A DNA stretch of 56,541 bases, from IMG/VR virus record IMGVR_UViG_3300010354_000110, positions 1 to 56,541 of that record. One strand, 5' to 3'. Under the pieces are notes generated by a model that was not told the origin of the DNA, made no database searches, and saw nothing but the letters and a program-made list of their open reading frames with translations. Origin of the DNA: a virus (Duplodnaviria > Caudoviricetes). Each line of letters begins with the position of its first letter. Within the stretch, counting starts at the first letter, position 1. The position numbers and the translations under genes are program-made. Below, piece by piece: positions 35,904-45,784 of the stretch.

Positions 35904-36773
35904 ATGATGGCTCAAATTGGAGTCCCGCGAAAGTACGAGGACGGGCAGTGGCGTCATCCGTGGGTTCCGGCGGTGGGGGACACCAGGCCGGAGGGGATGG
36001 AGATGCTTTGCAAAGTGTCTGGTGGTGGATTCACATGGGAAGCCGTGCCCGTACTCGCACCTATCAGCAGGGAGCGTGTCTACCGCATCCCCGCCGACTA
36101 CATCCCGCCCGATGGCTGGAGGTGCCTGGAGTGGGACGAGGTTGTGCAGGATGGAGATCGATGGACTCACAACGCCGGAGGCCATGCAATCAAACGCGGT
36201 GAGCGTTTACATAACACCAGATTCGGAGCCAAGGCATCGGAGGCGATTAATGGTCTGAAGGGAGGAGGCTACATCATCCGGAAGGAAGTGCCATGCAAGA
36301 GCGATGCGAGCGATGTCCCAAGTGCGAAGGGAGTGGCGAGTACGTCAGTCAGTATGGAAGTAGACAAGGATGCAAACTGCGATGCAGATGCAAAGCCGGT
36401 CGCGTGGCAGTTCCGGAAAGAGCCGATTCCGGTGGAAACGGAACTGGTAGTTCTGAGAGTCGGTGCGGAGATTCAAGCAGGCGATGAATTCTGGAACGGA
36501 TCACGCTGGCGTCATGTTGACTCGCTCGATCATGGACAGTCAGTAGGCGTGAAGTGCCCAGTCTGCCGCCCGCGTCCGATTCCCCAGACGTGGACGATCG
36601 ACACGATTCCGGATGGGCGGTGCTTTGAGTGTTGTGGTTACACCGGCGTGTTTTGGAAAGACCTGTCTGGCTGTTTCTGGCGACTCGACGCGGCGCAGGT
36701 TTCAAAGGGCTGGCACCCGTCAAAGCAGATCACACCAGTAGACATCGTGGCCGAACTGGGAGAAGTGAAGTGA
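35904..36773 (+). CDS. mosaic hypothetical protein
   Basis: 289 aa; two W..L...E..Q.GD.W modules; TIDTIPDGRCF module shared with 21730..22170. Confidence 0.65.
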   Translation: MMAQIGVPRKYEDGQWRHPWVPAVGDTRPEGMEMLCKVSGGGFTWEAVPVLAPISRERVYRIPADYIPPDGWRCLEWDEVVQDGDRWTHNAGGHAIKRGERLHNTRFGAKASEAINGLKGGGYIIRKEVPCKSDASDVPSAKGVASTSVSMEVDKDANCDADAKPVAWQFRKEPIPVETELVVLRVGAEIQAGDEFWNGSRWRHVDSLDHGQSVGVKCPVCRPRPIPQTWTIDTIPDGRCFECCGYTGVFWKDLSGCFWRLDAAQVSKGWHPSKQITPVDIVAELGEVK

Positions 36774-36967
36774 ACAGCAAGGAACTGATTGCGGCTGCGA
36801 AAAGGGCTATGAACTATGACGACATTGATGATTCTGTGGTGGACTCTCTTGCCCGCTGCATCCTCGCCACAGTTGCGAAGATTCATAGAACCAATTTTTG
36901 TCATAGAACCGAATTTTGGATGACCTGCGAGCAGCGACGCCGCAAGATGATCCGGGAGAAAAGATGA
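36770..36967 (+). CDS. hypothetical protein, possibly chimeric
   Basis: GTG start overlapping the previous stop; contains an 18-bp tandem duplication. Confidence 0.4.
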   Translation: MNSKELIAAAKRAMNYDDIDDSVVDSLARCILATVAKIHRTNFCHRTEFWMTCEQRRRKMIREKR

Positions 36968-37170
36968 TGATCGAAAAAGGCGAGTGTATTGTTCTCGTTT
37001 GCATTGTTGGGTTAGCAGCTTTCAGTGCTGGACTGGGCGTTGCTATCTGGGGAAATCATCTAGAAGCTGTTGATGCGGGCGTTGCAGAGTGGCGAGTAAA
37101 TCCCAAGACGGGAAGTTGTGAGTTTGTCTGGCTGCCGTGCAAAGAGGGTGATACCGCTGACTTTCGCTAA
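36964..37170 (+). CDS. small membrane protein
   Basis: Hydrophobic segment then EAVDAGVAEW...FVW; resembles 17714..17899. Confidence 0.55.
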   Translation: MMIEKGECIVLVCIVGLAAFSAGLGVAIWGNHLEAVDAGVAEWRVNPKTGSCEFVWLPCKEGDTADFR

Positions 37171-37190
37171 AAGGGAAAGACTGTAAACGC

Positions 37191-37230
37191 AAAAACACCC
37201 CACTTACCAATTACGGTAAGTGGGGTGTTC
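37191..37230. terminator. terminator between convergent blocks
   Basis: 15-bp stem AACACCCCACTTACC-AATTAC-GGTAAGTGGGGTGTT with an A-run on the left. Confidence 0.8.
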
Positions 37231-37234
37231 GCAT

Positions 37235-38080
37235 TTAATCCAGCAAGAACTGCGGTGGTCTATTGGAGTCTAGATCGTAGTACCTAACAGGCGGTTTATT
37301 GCCTGCGTTGTACCACTGCTTGATTGTCTCACCATCAACTAGACCACCTCTGCGACAGGCAGTAACGTACTCAGTAGGAACCTTCAACTCAGAAGCTGCA
37401 AAGTGGTCCTGCCTCTCTTTGCCCCTGACGACCACATAGTTGTGCTTATGCCAGTAGGTGTTTGAAGGGATGTAACCCTTACGAGTGTCTCTGGTTTTCA
37501 GCACATGGGCATTGGAAGGCCTCTCTCCTACGTCTTCCAAGAACTTACCGAAGGACTTCCTCCAGGGTGGATGTGTATCATCGAACTCAAGGATACCCTC
37601 CCAGACTCGGTACTCTTTAGGATGTGTGGTCCTGTTAGCCACAGCAGCAAAGAGCCTGAAGTCGTCTTCTAGGATTCGATAATCCTGTCTAGCCGGAACA
37701 TGAGTGAGGTCCAGCGGCTCCGCAGAAAAGACAGGCCAAGGATAGTACCTAGCCGCGTGGTCAGGGTGGTAATTGCAGTGCCGACAAGACCACGGTAGTT
37801 CTCGCATCCTGAAATGTTTGAACTTACCGAGTATGGTTGCCTTGTAGAAGTTAAAATTCACTCTAACATAGCGACCACACTTACACCGCATAAGCCATCC
37901 GATCGCTCTATTGGTGCGATTAACTATCACAGCAACAAAGGACATCATGCCGATCTGGAAGTCTTCTGGATGTGCCTGAGCATCGTTGCTGAGCGTCGTG
38001 CCTTCTGTATACGACCTGTTTGGCTCAGACCACTGACCATCTATCAGTTCAAGTAGACCACCATCTGCAATCGACGGCAT
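37235..38080 (-). CDS. degenerate HNH-family-derived protein
   Basis: WLMRCKCG, HPKEYRVWEGI, WRKSFGKFLEDVGERPS..HVL..RD..KGYIPSNTYW; catalytic tail altered. Confidence 0.6.
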   Translation of the reverse strand: MPSIADGGLLELIDGQWSEPNRSYTEGTTLSNDAQAHPEDFQIGMMSFVAVIVNRTNRAIGWLMRCKCGRYVRVNFNFYKATILGKFKHFRMRELPWSCRHCNYHPDHAARYYPWPVFSAEPLDLTHVPARQDYRILEDDFRLFAAVANRTTHPKEYRVWEGILEFDDTHPPWRKSFGKFLEDVGERPSNAHVLKTRDTRKGYIPSNTYWHKHNYVVVRGKERQDHFAASELKVPTEYVTACRRGGLVDGETIKQWYNAGNKPPVRYYDLDSNRPPQFLLD

Positions 38081-38511
38081 CAGGCATATTCCTCAACAAA
38101 GCAATCCAGCGTCAAGGTACACCGCTGATAGTTTTCTCCGATCTGACCGGTGTCCTGGGTCCTGATCTTTCTAACAGTCAGACGACCAATCTCAGTGTCA
38201 CCTGCAAGGTTCATCAGAGCCAAGGACAGCCTGTCAAAGACTGAGTAGATTTGAGAAGCCAGTGTTTGATGCTCATAGAGTTTATCCTGACCACGAGCAT
38301 ATGCCTGACCGATCAAGGTACAATCGAACGTAGGCGGATTAGAGCCGATATTCTGATTGAGGCTTGATAGCCATACCTGTGCCCATGCTGACTTATCATC
38401 ATCTTGAGGATCGAACTTGGATGGATCGCTCAGAACAGCATCATCAGGCATCTGATCGAGCAGATACTGAAGAACATTGTTCGATACGATCTCAGCAGTA
38501 ATGTCAGGCAT
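38080..38511 (-). CDS. putative tail terminator/completion protein
   Basis: ~143 aa acidic protein with a helix-strand pattern like tail-terminator proteins (FDP..AWAQVW..LIGQAY..LASQIYSVFD). Confidence 0.4.
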   Translation of the reverse strand: MPDITAEIVSNNVLQYLLDQMPDDAVLSDPSKFDPQDDDKSAWAQVWLSSLNQNIGSNPPTFDCTLIGQAYARGQDKLYEHQTLASQIYSVFDRLSLALMNLAGDTEIGRLTVRKIRTQDTGQIGENYQRCTLTLDCFVEEYA

Positions 38512-39049
38512 TCTTAATCCCTTCCTCAAATCTAAGAGCAGCTACCAGTCCAGTCATTCCAAATTTCTTGGACATGGTAGGTATACTCTCGATATAGGCC
38601 AATCTTCCGTCCACAAGTTTGAACGCAGTCCTCACAGCACGCTGATCGTCAACAGCGGAACACCACTCAGCCCTGACTCTAGCACGGTCTGCTTCTGCTA
38701 CAGCATTTAGCCAACCTAGGCCAAAAGCATCCTGCTCTGATAACCCCGTCTCATGTACAAACTGTCGATTAACCCAGTTCACGTTCCCCACTGCGTCTGC
38801 CCGAAAGAAGGCATACGGAATAAGGTTAGACGACACTCGATTAACAGCGATGAGGTAATCCACAGCATCATAGATCGCCTCAACGCGATCTTTGAGACTG
38901 GAGCCCCCATTAGTTTCAAACTGGCTGGCTAAGGAGGAGAGGATCGTAAAGGCTCTCCATCCTCTCACACAGAGACTGAAAAACCAAGTTACAGCCGGAA
39001 TCAGTAAAGTAGTTAGAATTGTAACTGCAGTTGTCGTATCAAGGGACAT
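38504..39049 (-). CDS. membrane-anchored PAS-domain protein
   Basis: N-terminal TM, NGGSSLKDRV, PAS motif FRADAVGNVNWVN..TGLS..G.GWLNAVAEADRARV..EW. Confidence 0.78.
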   Translation of the reverse strand: MSLDTTTAVTILTTLLIPAVTWFFSLCVRGWRAFTILSSLASQFETNGGSSLKDRVEAIYDAVDYLIAVNRVSSNLIPYAFFRADAVGNVNWVNRQFVHETGLSEQDAFGLGWLNAVAEADRARVRAEWCSAVDDQRAVRTAFKLVDGRLAYIESIPTMSKKFGMTGLVAALRFEEGIKNA

Positions 39050-39080
39050 TTGGTGTTATGGTCCAGTGGGGTGAATCGGA

Positions 39081-39236
39081 TTATTTAGGACGCTGAGCAA
39101 TGCGATCATCAGGTATTCGACACCTGCAATCACCATCACAACAACGACCACAGCGGGAGTACCGACACTCGTCAACGATGTCGGATGCCCCACATTCAGG
39201 GCAACGAGAGGGTTTAAGGCTACAGTCTGTTCTCAT
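39081..39236 (-). CDS. small Cys-rich protein (51 aa, not in ORF track)
   Basis: MRTDCSLKPSRCPECG...RCGRCCDGDCRC...; ATG overlaps the HNH stop. Confidence 0.5.
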   Translation of the reverse strand: MRTDCSLKPSRCPECGASDIVDECRYSRCGRCCDGDCRCRIPDDRIAQRPK

Positions 39237-40027
39237 GTGTTCCTCTTGGAGGGTTGTGTGAGGGCACGCTCGATTTCCCAGCCGCTATCGAGTCTACTTC
39301 GTAGTGTGTTATAAGAGATGCCAAGAGCCTCTGACCACTGTTTAATTGTCCGCACTTGACCATCAAACGCAACAAATCGACTGGTCCTCTTGTTGTTATT
39401 CTGCTCTTCGCTTGTTGCCCAACGACAGTTCTCTCTGCAATAGCTGCCGTTTACATCGATTCTATCTAGTGTATGGTCAGACGATGGCTTATCTCCCATG
39501 TCCTTGTAGAAGTTCTCGAAAGAGAGCCACTCTTCGCAGACAACAATACCACGACCACCATAGTTTTTATAGCGATCTCTATTACTATTGGTGCATCGTT
39601 GGATCATCGAGTTCCACACCCCGTATATCGGAGTCCCCGCTTTGCCGTGCTTTGTGCTGGAGCAACCGCATGACACAGTGCCACCGGTTTTTAGACTGGT
39701 CCCGCTGACAGAGACAACAGAGCCACAAGAACAGGAGCACCTCCAAAAAGCACGACCGTTTTTCCCTGAGTGTGAAAAACCGACAACAGACAGTCGACCG
39801 AAGCACCTACCAGTCAGGTCGTCGATAAACAACCTCTTACGGGGCGATGCTTTAAGACACCCACAAGACTTTGTACTGCCTCGTTTTAGACAGTTGCCTG
39901 CAACAACCACGGATTTACCACAGGAGCAGAGACACTCCCAACAAGAATGCCTATCCGGTCTTTTATGAGAAAAGCCGACAACAACTAGCCGAGTAAAGAC
40001 CTTGCCGGTCAGATCATAACGAGGCAT
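39233..40027 (-). CDS. HNH homing endonuclease
   Basis: Two DLTG..F.RL..W.C.CSCG..SCGC modules; HTLDRIDVNGSYCRENCRWAT. Confidence 0.88.
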   Translation of the reverse strand: MPRYDLTGKVFTRLVVVGFSHKRPDRHSCWECLCSCGKSVVVAGNCLKRGSTKSCGCLKASPRKRLFIDDLTGRCFGRLSVVGFSHSGKNGRAFWRCSCSCGSVVSVSGTSLKTGGTVSCGCSSTKHGKAGTPIYGVWNSMIQRCTNSNRDRYKNYGGRGIVVCEEWLSFENFYKDMGDKPSSDHTLDRIDVNGSYCRENCRWATSEEQNNNKRTSRFVAFDGQVRTIKQWSEALGISYNTLRSRLDSGWEIERALTQPSKRNT

Positions 40028-40208
40028 TGTGTTCCCCGTATGTGAGTTTTTCGGTTTCATCCTTGTATCTCTGTGCGTCCATGTACAGGCCCGACCAGAC
40101 TTGCTGCCAGAGTTCCTCACGTAGACTACCTACGACAAGTCGAAGACGGGCAAGCTCATCTTCAAGACGATTCACATTGATTACAGACTCAACACTGCTG
40201 CTTGTCAT
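40014..40208 (-). CDS. hypothetical protein
   Basis: AGGAG RBS; coiled-coil-like. Confidence 0.55.
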   Translation of the reverse strand: MTSSSVESVINVNRLEDELARLRLVVGSLREELWQQVWSGLYMDAQRYKDETEKLTYGEHNASL

Positions 40209-40228
40209 AGTTGCTCCTGAATTAAGAC

Positions 40229-40957
40229 CTACTTCTCGATCGAAGAATCTACAAACCGCTTAACAGCTAAGTGGCCTGTAAAGACACCAACACTCCCTTG
40301 ACTCACTGTAGGAAAGCCAACAACAATCCCTACTAGATCGCCCTGAGCATCTAGTACAGCCCCGCCAGACATCCCTGGTGCAACGCTTTCAGGGACGCGA
40401 TGGAAGGCGTCCAGGGACTCTGATCCCTCATCTGTCCAGAGCGAGGCTGCGGGCAGTGTGGTCAGTTTGTCGCAAGCCTTGTACCCAACTACACGCAGCA
40501 CATCATCCTTTTTAGGGGCAGTCTGTGATACACAAACCAATTGCAGGTCAGCCGAAGAAGAGAAAGTAAGCAGACTGATGTCTGAGTACTTACTTACATA
40601 CTTCAACCGACAGGGCTTCCACTTACCATCGGCCTGAATTTCAAGGTAATGATCGGCTGGATAGCTGTTCCACTGCTTTTCCGTCTTGGTGAGTTGTGTG
40701 GAACCTTGAGTGACCACATGGGCTGCACTAAGTGCTGTGTAGTCTGTGTTACCGTTCGGTGTGGCTTTGGCACCTACAAGCACGCAGGACCCGCAAGAGA
40801 TTTGCACTGGTGTGCATGGTATTCCTTTGGGGCAGCGTCCTTGCTGCATCACGCGAACCTTCAGTACAGGACCGACCTGTTCGGAGAACTCTTCGATCTT
40901 GTCCTGAGCAAAACACTGACCACATAAGGCCAGCAAGATTAGCAGATGCTTAATCAT
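40229..40957 (-). CDS. secreted trypsin-like serine protease
   Basis: Signal peptide; triad motifs SAAHVV, DISLL, PGMSGGAV. Confidence 0.85.
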   Translation of the reverse strand: MIKHLLILLALCGQCFAQDKIEEFSEQVGPVLKVRVMQQGRCPKGIPCTPVQISCGSCVLVGAKATPNGNTDYTALSAAHVVTQGSTQLTKTEKQWNSYPADHYLEIQADGKWKPCRLKYVSKYSDISLLTFSSSADLQLVCVSQTAPKKDDVLRVVGYKACDKLTTLPAASLWTDEGSESLDAFHRVPESVAPGMSGGAVLDAQGDLVGIVVGFPTVSQGSVGVFTGHLAVKRFVDSSIEK

Positions 40958-41766
40958 TTCACCACCCTAATCCCCGGAATGACATAGAAAGCGTGATTGT
41001 TGAAGGTCTGAGCAAAGTGATCCCAGACCAACCATGTCCGTCCTTGATTACCCCAACTTATTCCCCAACTGTTCGTCATCTGAAAGACTTCCGTGCCTTT
41101 CGAGATACGCATGTCAGAAATCAGGACCGCATGATTACCAGGTCCGTTAGCTAAAGGCATGATGCCTGTGCCACGGAAGTTAATCACTCGGCTATCCGCA
41201 TGGATAGCGGCAATCCCCATCCAACCAGCAGCGATAGCAGACCGCCATGCCTGCTTAGTCTTGCACCGATATGCCTGCAGTCCCTTAGTTTTAGCAGCCT
41301 CTGCATCAGCAACCTTGGTATTGTACTGACTGCGGAAGATATAGTTGTAAGGCACTGTGGTCCGTGATGGAGCACCGTACTTACCAACAGCAACTAGACC
41401 GTCCTCAAGTTGAGAACCGTTATCTCGGTTGTCGTTTGTAAGTGAGTACACATATGCCCCGCTTAAAACTAAACCATCAGCAACCCCTGTAAGGCATCTT
41501 GTCGCAGTCAGTGCGTTTGCCGCAGCCCAGCCCCCGCAACTACTAAAGGAACCTTGATTATTCCCGTAGGCAGCAAACGGAAGGAGTTTGGTAATATCCC
41601 GACGATTCGGATTAGAGATAAGCATGTGTATCTCATTATCGTCATAGATCGGATACTCCGGGTTACCCTCAAGGGGTGGGAAAGCGGACACGAAGTTCGG
41701 TGGGAGTGTCAAAGACCCCGGTCGAATAATCTGACCAGTGTCTTCCATCCTGAATTCTTCAAACAC
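40954..41766 (-). CDS. papain-like C1 cysteine peptidase
   Basis: NQGSFSSCGGWA, GNHAV, NSWGISWGNQG. Confidence 0.88.
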   Translation of the reverse strand: MFEEFRMEDTGQIIRPGSLTLPPNFVSAFPPLEGNPEYPIYDDNEIHMLISNPNRRDITKLLPFAAYGNNQGSFSSCGGWAAANALTATRCLTGVADGLVLSGAYVYSLTNDNRDNGSQLEDGLVAVGKYGAPSRTTVPYNYIFRSQYNTKVADAEAAKTKGLQAYRCKTKQAWRSAIAAGWMGIAAIHADSRVINFRGTGIMPLANGPGNHAVLISDMRISKGTEVFQMTNSWGISWGNQGRTWLVWDHFAQTFNNHAFYVIPGIRVVK

Positions 41767-42379
41767 AGTTCCTCCTTACCCGTTCAACAACAGGCTCAGT
41801 TAGCGTTCGGTAATCAGACCAACCTCTGCAAAGACGTGCCCGAAGTGTTCCAACCTTTACACCAAGTTCGTCAGCCCACTCTGCTGTTGTTCTAGTCACA
41901 CCATTAAGTGTAAGTAGCCTATTCGAAGAAATGTTGTTAGACTGCTCTTTCCGCGTCTCCCATCTGCAATTCTCTTTGCAGTAGCCAGAGGTGCCGTCTC
42001 TTCGACCAATTGAGTGGTCCTTAGAAGGCCTGTCGCCCATATCACGGTAGAAGTTCTCAAACTTCAACCAGTCTTCACAGACAGTGATACCAGCACCACC
42101 ATACCGGCTGTAACTACCGTGCTTCGGATTAAAGCACCGGTAAAGCATACTCTGCCAACTACAATATGTCAAGGTAGAGCACATGCCGTGTTTGGTTCTG
42201 GTGTCTAGTGCAAGGCATCCGCAGGATCGTGTATGGCCTTTAAGAAGCGACACTGAGCGAACAACACACAGGGCACCGCAAGAGCAGACGCACTCCCATT
42301 TAGCCCCATAACCAGGAACCGCAGACACCACACTCAACCTGCCAAAACACATACCAGACAGGTCTTTCTTGGCACCCAT
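41759..42379 (-). CDS. HNH homing endonuclease
   Basis: DLSGMCFGRL, WECVCSCG, SCGC, YGGAGI, YCKENCRWET. Confidence 0.85.
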   Translation of the reverse strand: MGAKKDLSGMCFGRLSVVSAVPGYGAKWECVCSCGALCVVRSVSLLKGHTRSCGCLALDTRTKHGMCSTLTYCSWQSMLYRCFNPKHGSYSRYGGAGITVCEDWLKFENFYRDMGDRPSKDHSIGRRDGTSGYCKENCRWETRKEQSNNISSNRLLTLNGVTRTTAEWADELGVKVGTLRARLCRGWSDYRTLTEPVVERVRRNCV

Positions 42380-42380
42380 A

Positions 42381-43346
42381 CTAACCCCCTGTATGTTTCT
42401 TGACCACAGAAATCAAAGCCTCTGTGGTTAACGGGAGTGGCTGAGCCTTAATGAATTTCATAGATGCTTTCTCATACAGGAGCAGAGATGGAATCTCTGT
42501 ACCTGCACCGTCCGCCTTAACCTTCTTAGCCAGGTCAGTATCATCTAAAGCATTCACGAAACGCCACTCACTGCCGTCGCTCTTAAAGCTATCCCATACA
42601 TCCGTAGCAGTCAGGATAGATGCAGCAGATGCTGAGATATTCTTGTCATACAGGACGAACAGGGATACAGGACCTTTGACCGGTGCCGGTTTGTTATCAT
42701 CAACAACCGGAGGCGGCTGTGGTCCTTGGTTACAAGTGATTCGCAGAGTAACCTGCTTCTGCTGTTCAAAGTCAGTCAGTGCGAAGTCAATCCACTGACC
42801 GTCTTCAAGGTAACCAAAATACTCTGTACCATCTGTACTAGCCAGGAGATGCACAGGACCATTCTTTGATGCCTGCCAAGCTACCTTGCCCTTGGCGTTC
42901 TTAGGACTTACCCGAAACATCTGCCCTGCTTCTACTGACCCAGTAATGGGCTTACCCTGCTCATCAGTAACACTGATTGCAAGTTCGCCAGTACCCTTAT
43001 CTGGAGCTACAGGCACAGGTGAAACTGGCTTAGTCTCGTCTTTAACGACCACAGCAGGCGATGGCTTACTCTCATCCTTGGGCTTAGGCAGCAACTTAGG
43101 CAGTACTGTTTCAAGGGTCTTGGCAAATAGGTTAGCCATTTCCTCTTGAGTGATCGGTGCTGGCGTAGTCGATCCGTCAGGAGCAACAACATCCGGCTTG
43201 TTGATTACCGAGTTGAGGTCTTTTGCCAAGTTGGAATTGAACAACCCAACAAGAGCAACAATGACCACAACAGGCCACTTCATTGCTTGAATCTTGGTCC
43301 ACCAGTCGGCTGGACCGCTTGCAGGCTTAGGAGCCTCTTGAGTCAT
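42381..43346 (-). CDS. membrane-anchored Pro-rich extracytoplasmic protein
   Basis: TM WPVVVIVALVGLF, Pro-rich linkers, a beta domain and a thioredoxin-like C-terminal pattern. Confidence 0.65.
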   Translation of the reverse strand: MTQEAPKPASGPADWWTKIQAMKWPVVVIVALVGLFNSNLAKDLNSVINKPDVVAPDGSTTPAPITQEEMANLFAKTLETVLPKLLPKPKDESKPSPAVVVKDETKPVSPVPVAPDKGTGELAISVTDEQGKPITGSVEAGQMFRVSPKNAKGKVAWQASKNGPVHLLASTDGTEYFGYLEDGQWIDFALTDFEQQKQVTLRITCNQGPQPPPVVDDNKPAPVKGPVSLFVLYDKNISASAASILTATDVWDSFKSDGSEWRFVNALDDTDLAKKVKADGAGTEIPSLLLYEKASMKFIKAQPLPLTTEALISVVKKHTGG

Positions 43347-43359
43347 AATGTCCTCAGGG

Positions 43360-43743
43360 TTAGATGTGGAGTTTGACGAAACTCGTGACAGCATCGTCAT
43401 CTTGTTCCAAAGATTCATCGATCACCGAATTGGCTAGTGCTTCTGCTTGGTCACGAGACAGGGACCGATCTTCACGCATGATCCGAGCTGTCATTCGACG
43501 ACGCAGACGACGTGGTTGACGTTCGTTCTGGTCAGCAACGGATGCACGAACCTGACCAGGATCAGGCTGGTCATCACCGGTAAAGCACTTAATCAGGATA
43601 GGAAGGACCAACTGTACAATTTTGAGCACTGTGACAGTATCAAGTCCAACCTTGCCATCAGCTACTGCACGAGCAGCTACCCGCTGCTCCACCGACGGCT
43701 TAACGACACTATCACTCTCGATTGAAAAGTCTTCAGTTTCCAC
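43360..43743 (-). CDS. hypothetical protein
   Basis: AGGAG RBS; amphipathic segment VLKIVQLVLPILIKC. Confidence 0.6.
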   Translation of the reverse strand: METEDFSIESDSVVKPSVEQRVAARAVADGKVGLDTVTVLKIVQLVLPILIKCFTGDDQPDPGQVRASVADQNERQPRRLRRRMTARIMREDRSLSRDQAEALANSVIDESLEQDDDAVTSFVKLHI

Positions 43744-43990
43744 TTACATCTCCTTTGTTGTTAATGAACTTTCTTCGCAGGATTTCGGCCCCCATAGTTG
43801 CTGCTGCAACTACAAACACTGTCCGATCACCAAAATCCATTTGTGCTACATGCTGAAGAATAAATACTCCAGCCTGTGCTGCCAACACAGTCAGCCCCAC
43901 CCGCAACGAGCGGAGCACATCTGTGTTATTGAGTTCTCCAGCGGTAGAACCGCTAGGCGTTGAGGACATCATTTGCTTGATTGTGGTCAT
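43733..43990 (-). CDS. putative holin (2 TM)
   Basis: 85 aa, two hydrophobic segments, basic C-terminus. Confidence 0.45.
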   Translation of the reverse strand: MTTIKQMMSSTPSGSTAGELNNTDVLRSLRVGLTVLAAQAGVFILQHVAQMDFGDRTVFVVAAATMGAEILRRKFINNKGDVSGN

Positions 43991-43993
43991 TGT

Positions 43994-45784
43994 TTACCCC
44001 ACTAAGGTCTGACGCTCTGGAACGAACTTAACAGGAACCTGCTGGTTCAAAATACCCCTATTCCGGTTCTTTAAGCAGATCAGATTGTAAACATCCTTGC
44101 TGTAGTTGTCGGGATCGACCTGACTAGGCCAAACACAAGCAACAATCACATCAGCCGACTGCTCAATCATCCCTGACGTTCTTAGATCGCCCATCTGAGG
44201 TATCACTACACCACGAATTCGTGGGTCTTGTCTCCGAAGTTGGGCCAGAACAACAAGAGCAACATCGAGTTCTTTTGCCAACTGAGCTAGAACCTTGATA
44301 GACTCACTGACACGGTCAAAGTCCGAACCTTTCCCAAGGATAAGCTCGATATAATCAACTGCAATCAGTGTAGCACCTTTCTCAGCGTAGTGCCGAATCT
44401 CACGGACCACATCAGTTAGCGTCTGGTTGCCACCGCGACTGAAGTAGATTGGTGCTTTGCTTGCGATGTCTGCATCAGCGATCTCGTGAAGTTGTTTAGC
44501 AACATCTGGGTTTCTCCACTCAGTTTTTGGGATGTCTGTGAGACGCTGCAGATGGCGGACCATTATTTGTGATTCCGTCATCTCCAGACTGATGAAGGCA
44601 CATGTCGTACCCTGCTTAGCTGCAGAGTCGAGTACATGCCATGCAGTCATCGTCTTACCCTGACTAGGACGACCAGCAACAACAACCAACTCACCACGAT
44701 CAAGACCACCACCTAATGATGCATTCAATCCAGCGATACCGGTGGTAATCAATCTGTCCTCTCCACTGACCACAGATTCAATAGCTGAGTGCAGAAGTAC
44801 TCCCAATCGATCGCTGGTGACTGCGTCCTTGCGTCCCTGAGGTTTCAGATTGCCGTAAGCATAGCGAACAGTATCTGAAATCCATTGTGGTCTAGTCAGA
44901 CCCTTCTCATAAGAGTTCTGAGCACACCAGTACCGCAAAGCTGCTTCCACTTCTGGAGTGGGCACATAGTTCCGGATCATCTCAGTGCATAGAGCAAAGC
45001 AGATGTCTGATCGACTTCTCTGACCTGACATCCCCGACACATCACCCATCCACCGCTTCAGCAGTAGCTCACCTTCAGGTGCCTCCATGAGAGCAAGCAC
45101 ACGAGCAGGCATCCCTGTCGTCTCATAGGCTCCTACATCACCCATAGAGCGTTCAGACTGCTCGGCTGTATCCCACCAACACTTAGCTTCCAGTTGAGCC
45201 TTGGTGACCTTCTGGATGCCTTTCATGAAGGCAATAGGCTCTGCTTCAGTCAAGTCTGGATTCAAGAACACAGACTTGCCAGCCAAAGGATAACGAATCA
45301 AGTTACCCAAGGGCTTCTCTGTGGTCAACTTCGCCTGACGGGGATAGATTTCAATGGCTTCAAGTTCAAAGTCATTGACTGCCCCTGTTGCAAAGATGCG
45401 GGCTTCCGTGCCATCAATCGGTTCATCGAAGAAGACCCAGACATGCACTCCAGTACCTGACCAGGATCGTTCAAGATAAGAAGGAAAGCCAGACTCTAGC
45501 AAGAACTGCTGAAACTTCTGGCCTTCCTGGATCGCCTCGGGTCTGTTCGACCCGTGGTTGTCAACATCGATCGCTATGCAATTGACCTTGGACTGTTCGG
45601 TCAACAAATAGAAGCCACAGCAGTTCCCATTTGTGTGCCTTTCGATGAACTTGTCAACAGGTACAGGACCATTGAGTTTAAGAGGTCTGAATGTCTGGCC
45701 TGCTGGCTGGTATGCAATATGGTTGTGACGGCCACGAAAGGTACTCAGAAGTAGTTCTGCAACTTCAACCGTCAACATCAGCAT
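43994..45784 (-). CDS. AEP-family primase fused to DnaB-like helicase
   Basis: AEP motifs AIDVD and SWSGTGVHVW; helicase motifs AGRPSQGKT, ISLEM, VDYIELI, LAQL, DLRTSGMIEQSAD, KNRN. Confidence 0.9.
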   Translation of the reverse strand: MLMLTVEVAELLLSTFRGRHNHIAYQPAGQTFRPLKLNGPVPVDKFIERHTNGNCCGFYLLTEQSKVNCIAIDVDNHGSNRPEAIQEGQKFQQFLLESGFPSYLERSWSGTGVHVWVFFDEPIDGTEARIFATGAVNDFELEAIEIYPRQAKLTTEKPLGNLIRYPLAGKSVFLNPDLTEAEPIAFMKGIQKVTKAQLEAKCWWDTAEQSERSMGDVGAYETTGMPARVLALMEAPEGELLLKRWMGDVSGMSGQRSRSDICFALCTEMIRNYVPTPEVEAALRYWCAQNSYEKGLTRPQWISDTVRYAYGNLKPQGRKDAVTSDRLGVLLHSAIESVVSGEDRLITTGIAGLNASLGGGLDRGELVVVAGRPSQGKTMTAWHVLDSAAKQGTTCAFISLEMTESQIMVRHLQRLTDIPKTEWRNPDVAKQLHEIADADIASKAPIYFSRGGNQTLTDVVREIRHYAEKGATLIAVDYIELILGKGSDFDRVSESIKVLAQLAKELDVALVVLAQLRRQDPRIRGVVIPQMGDLRTSGMIEQSADVIVACVWPSQVDPDNYSKDVYNLICLKNRNRGILNQQVPVKFVPERQTLVG

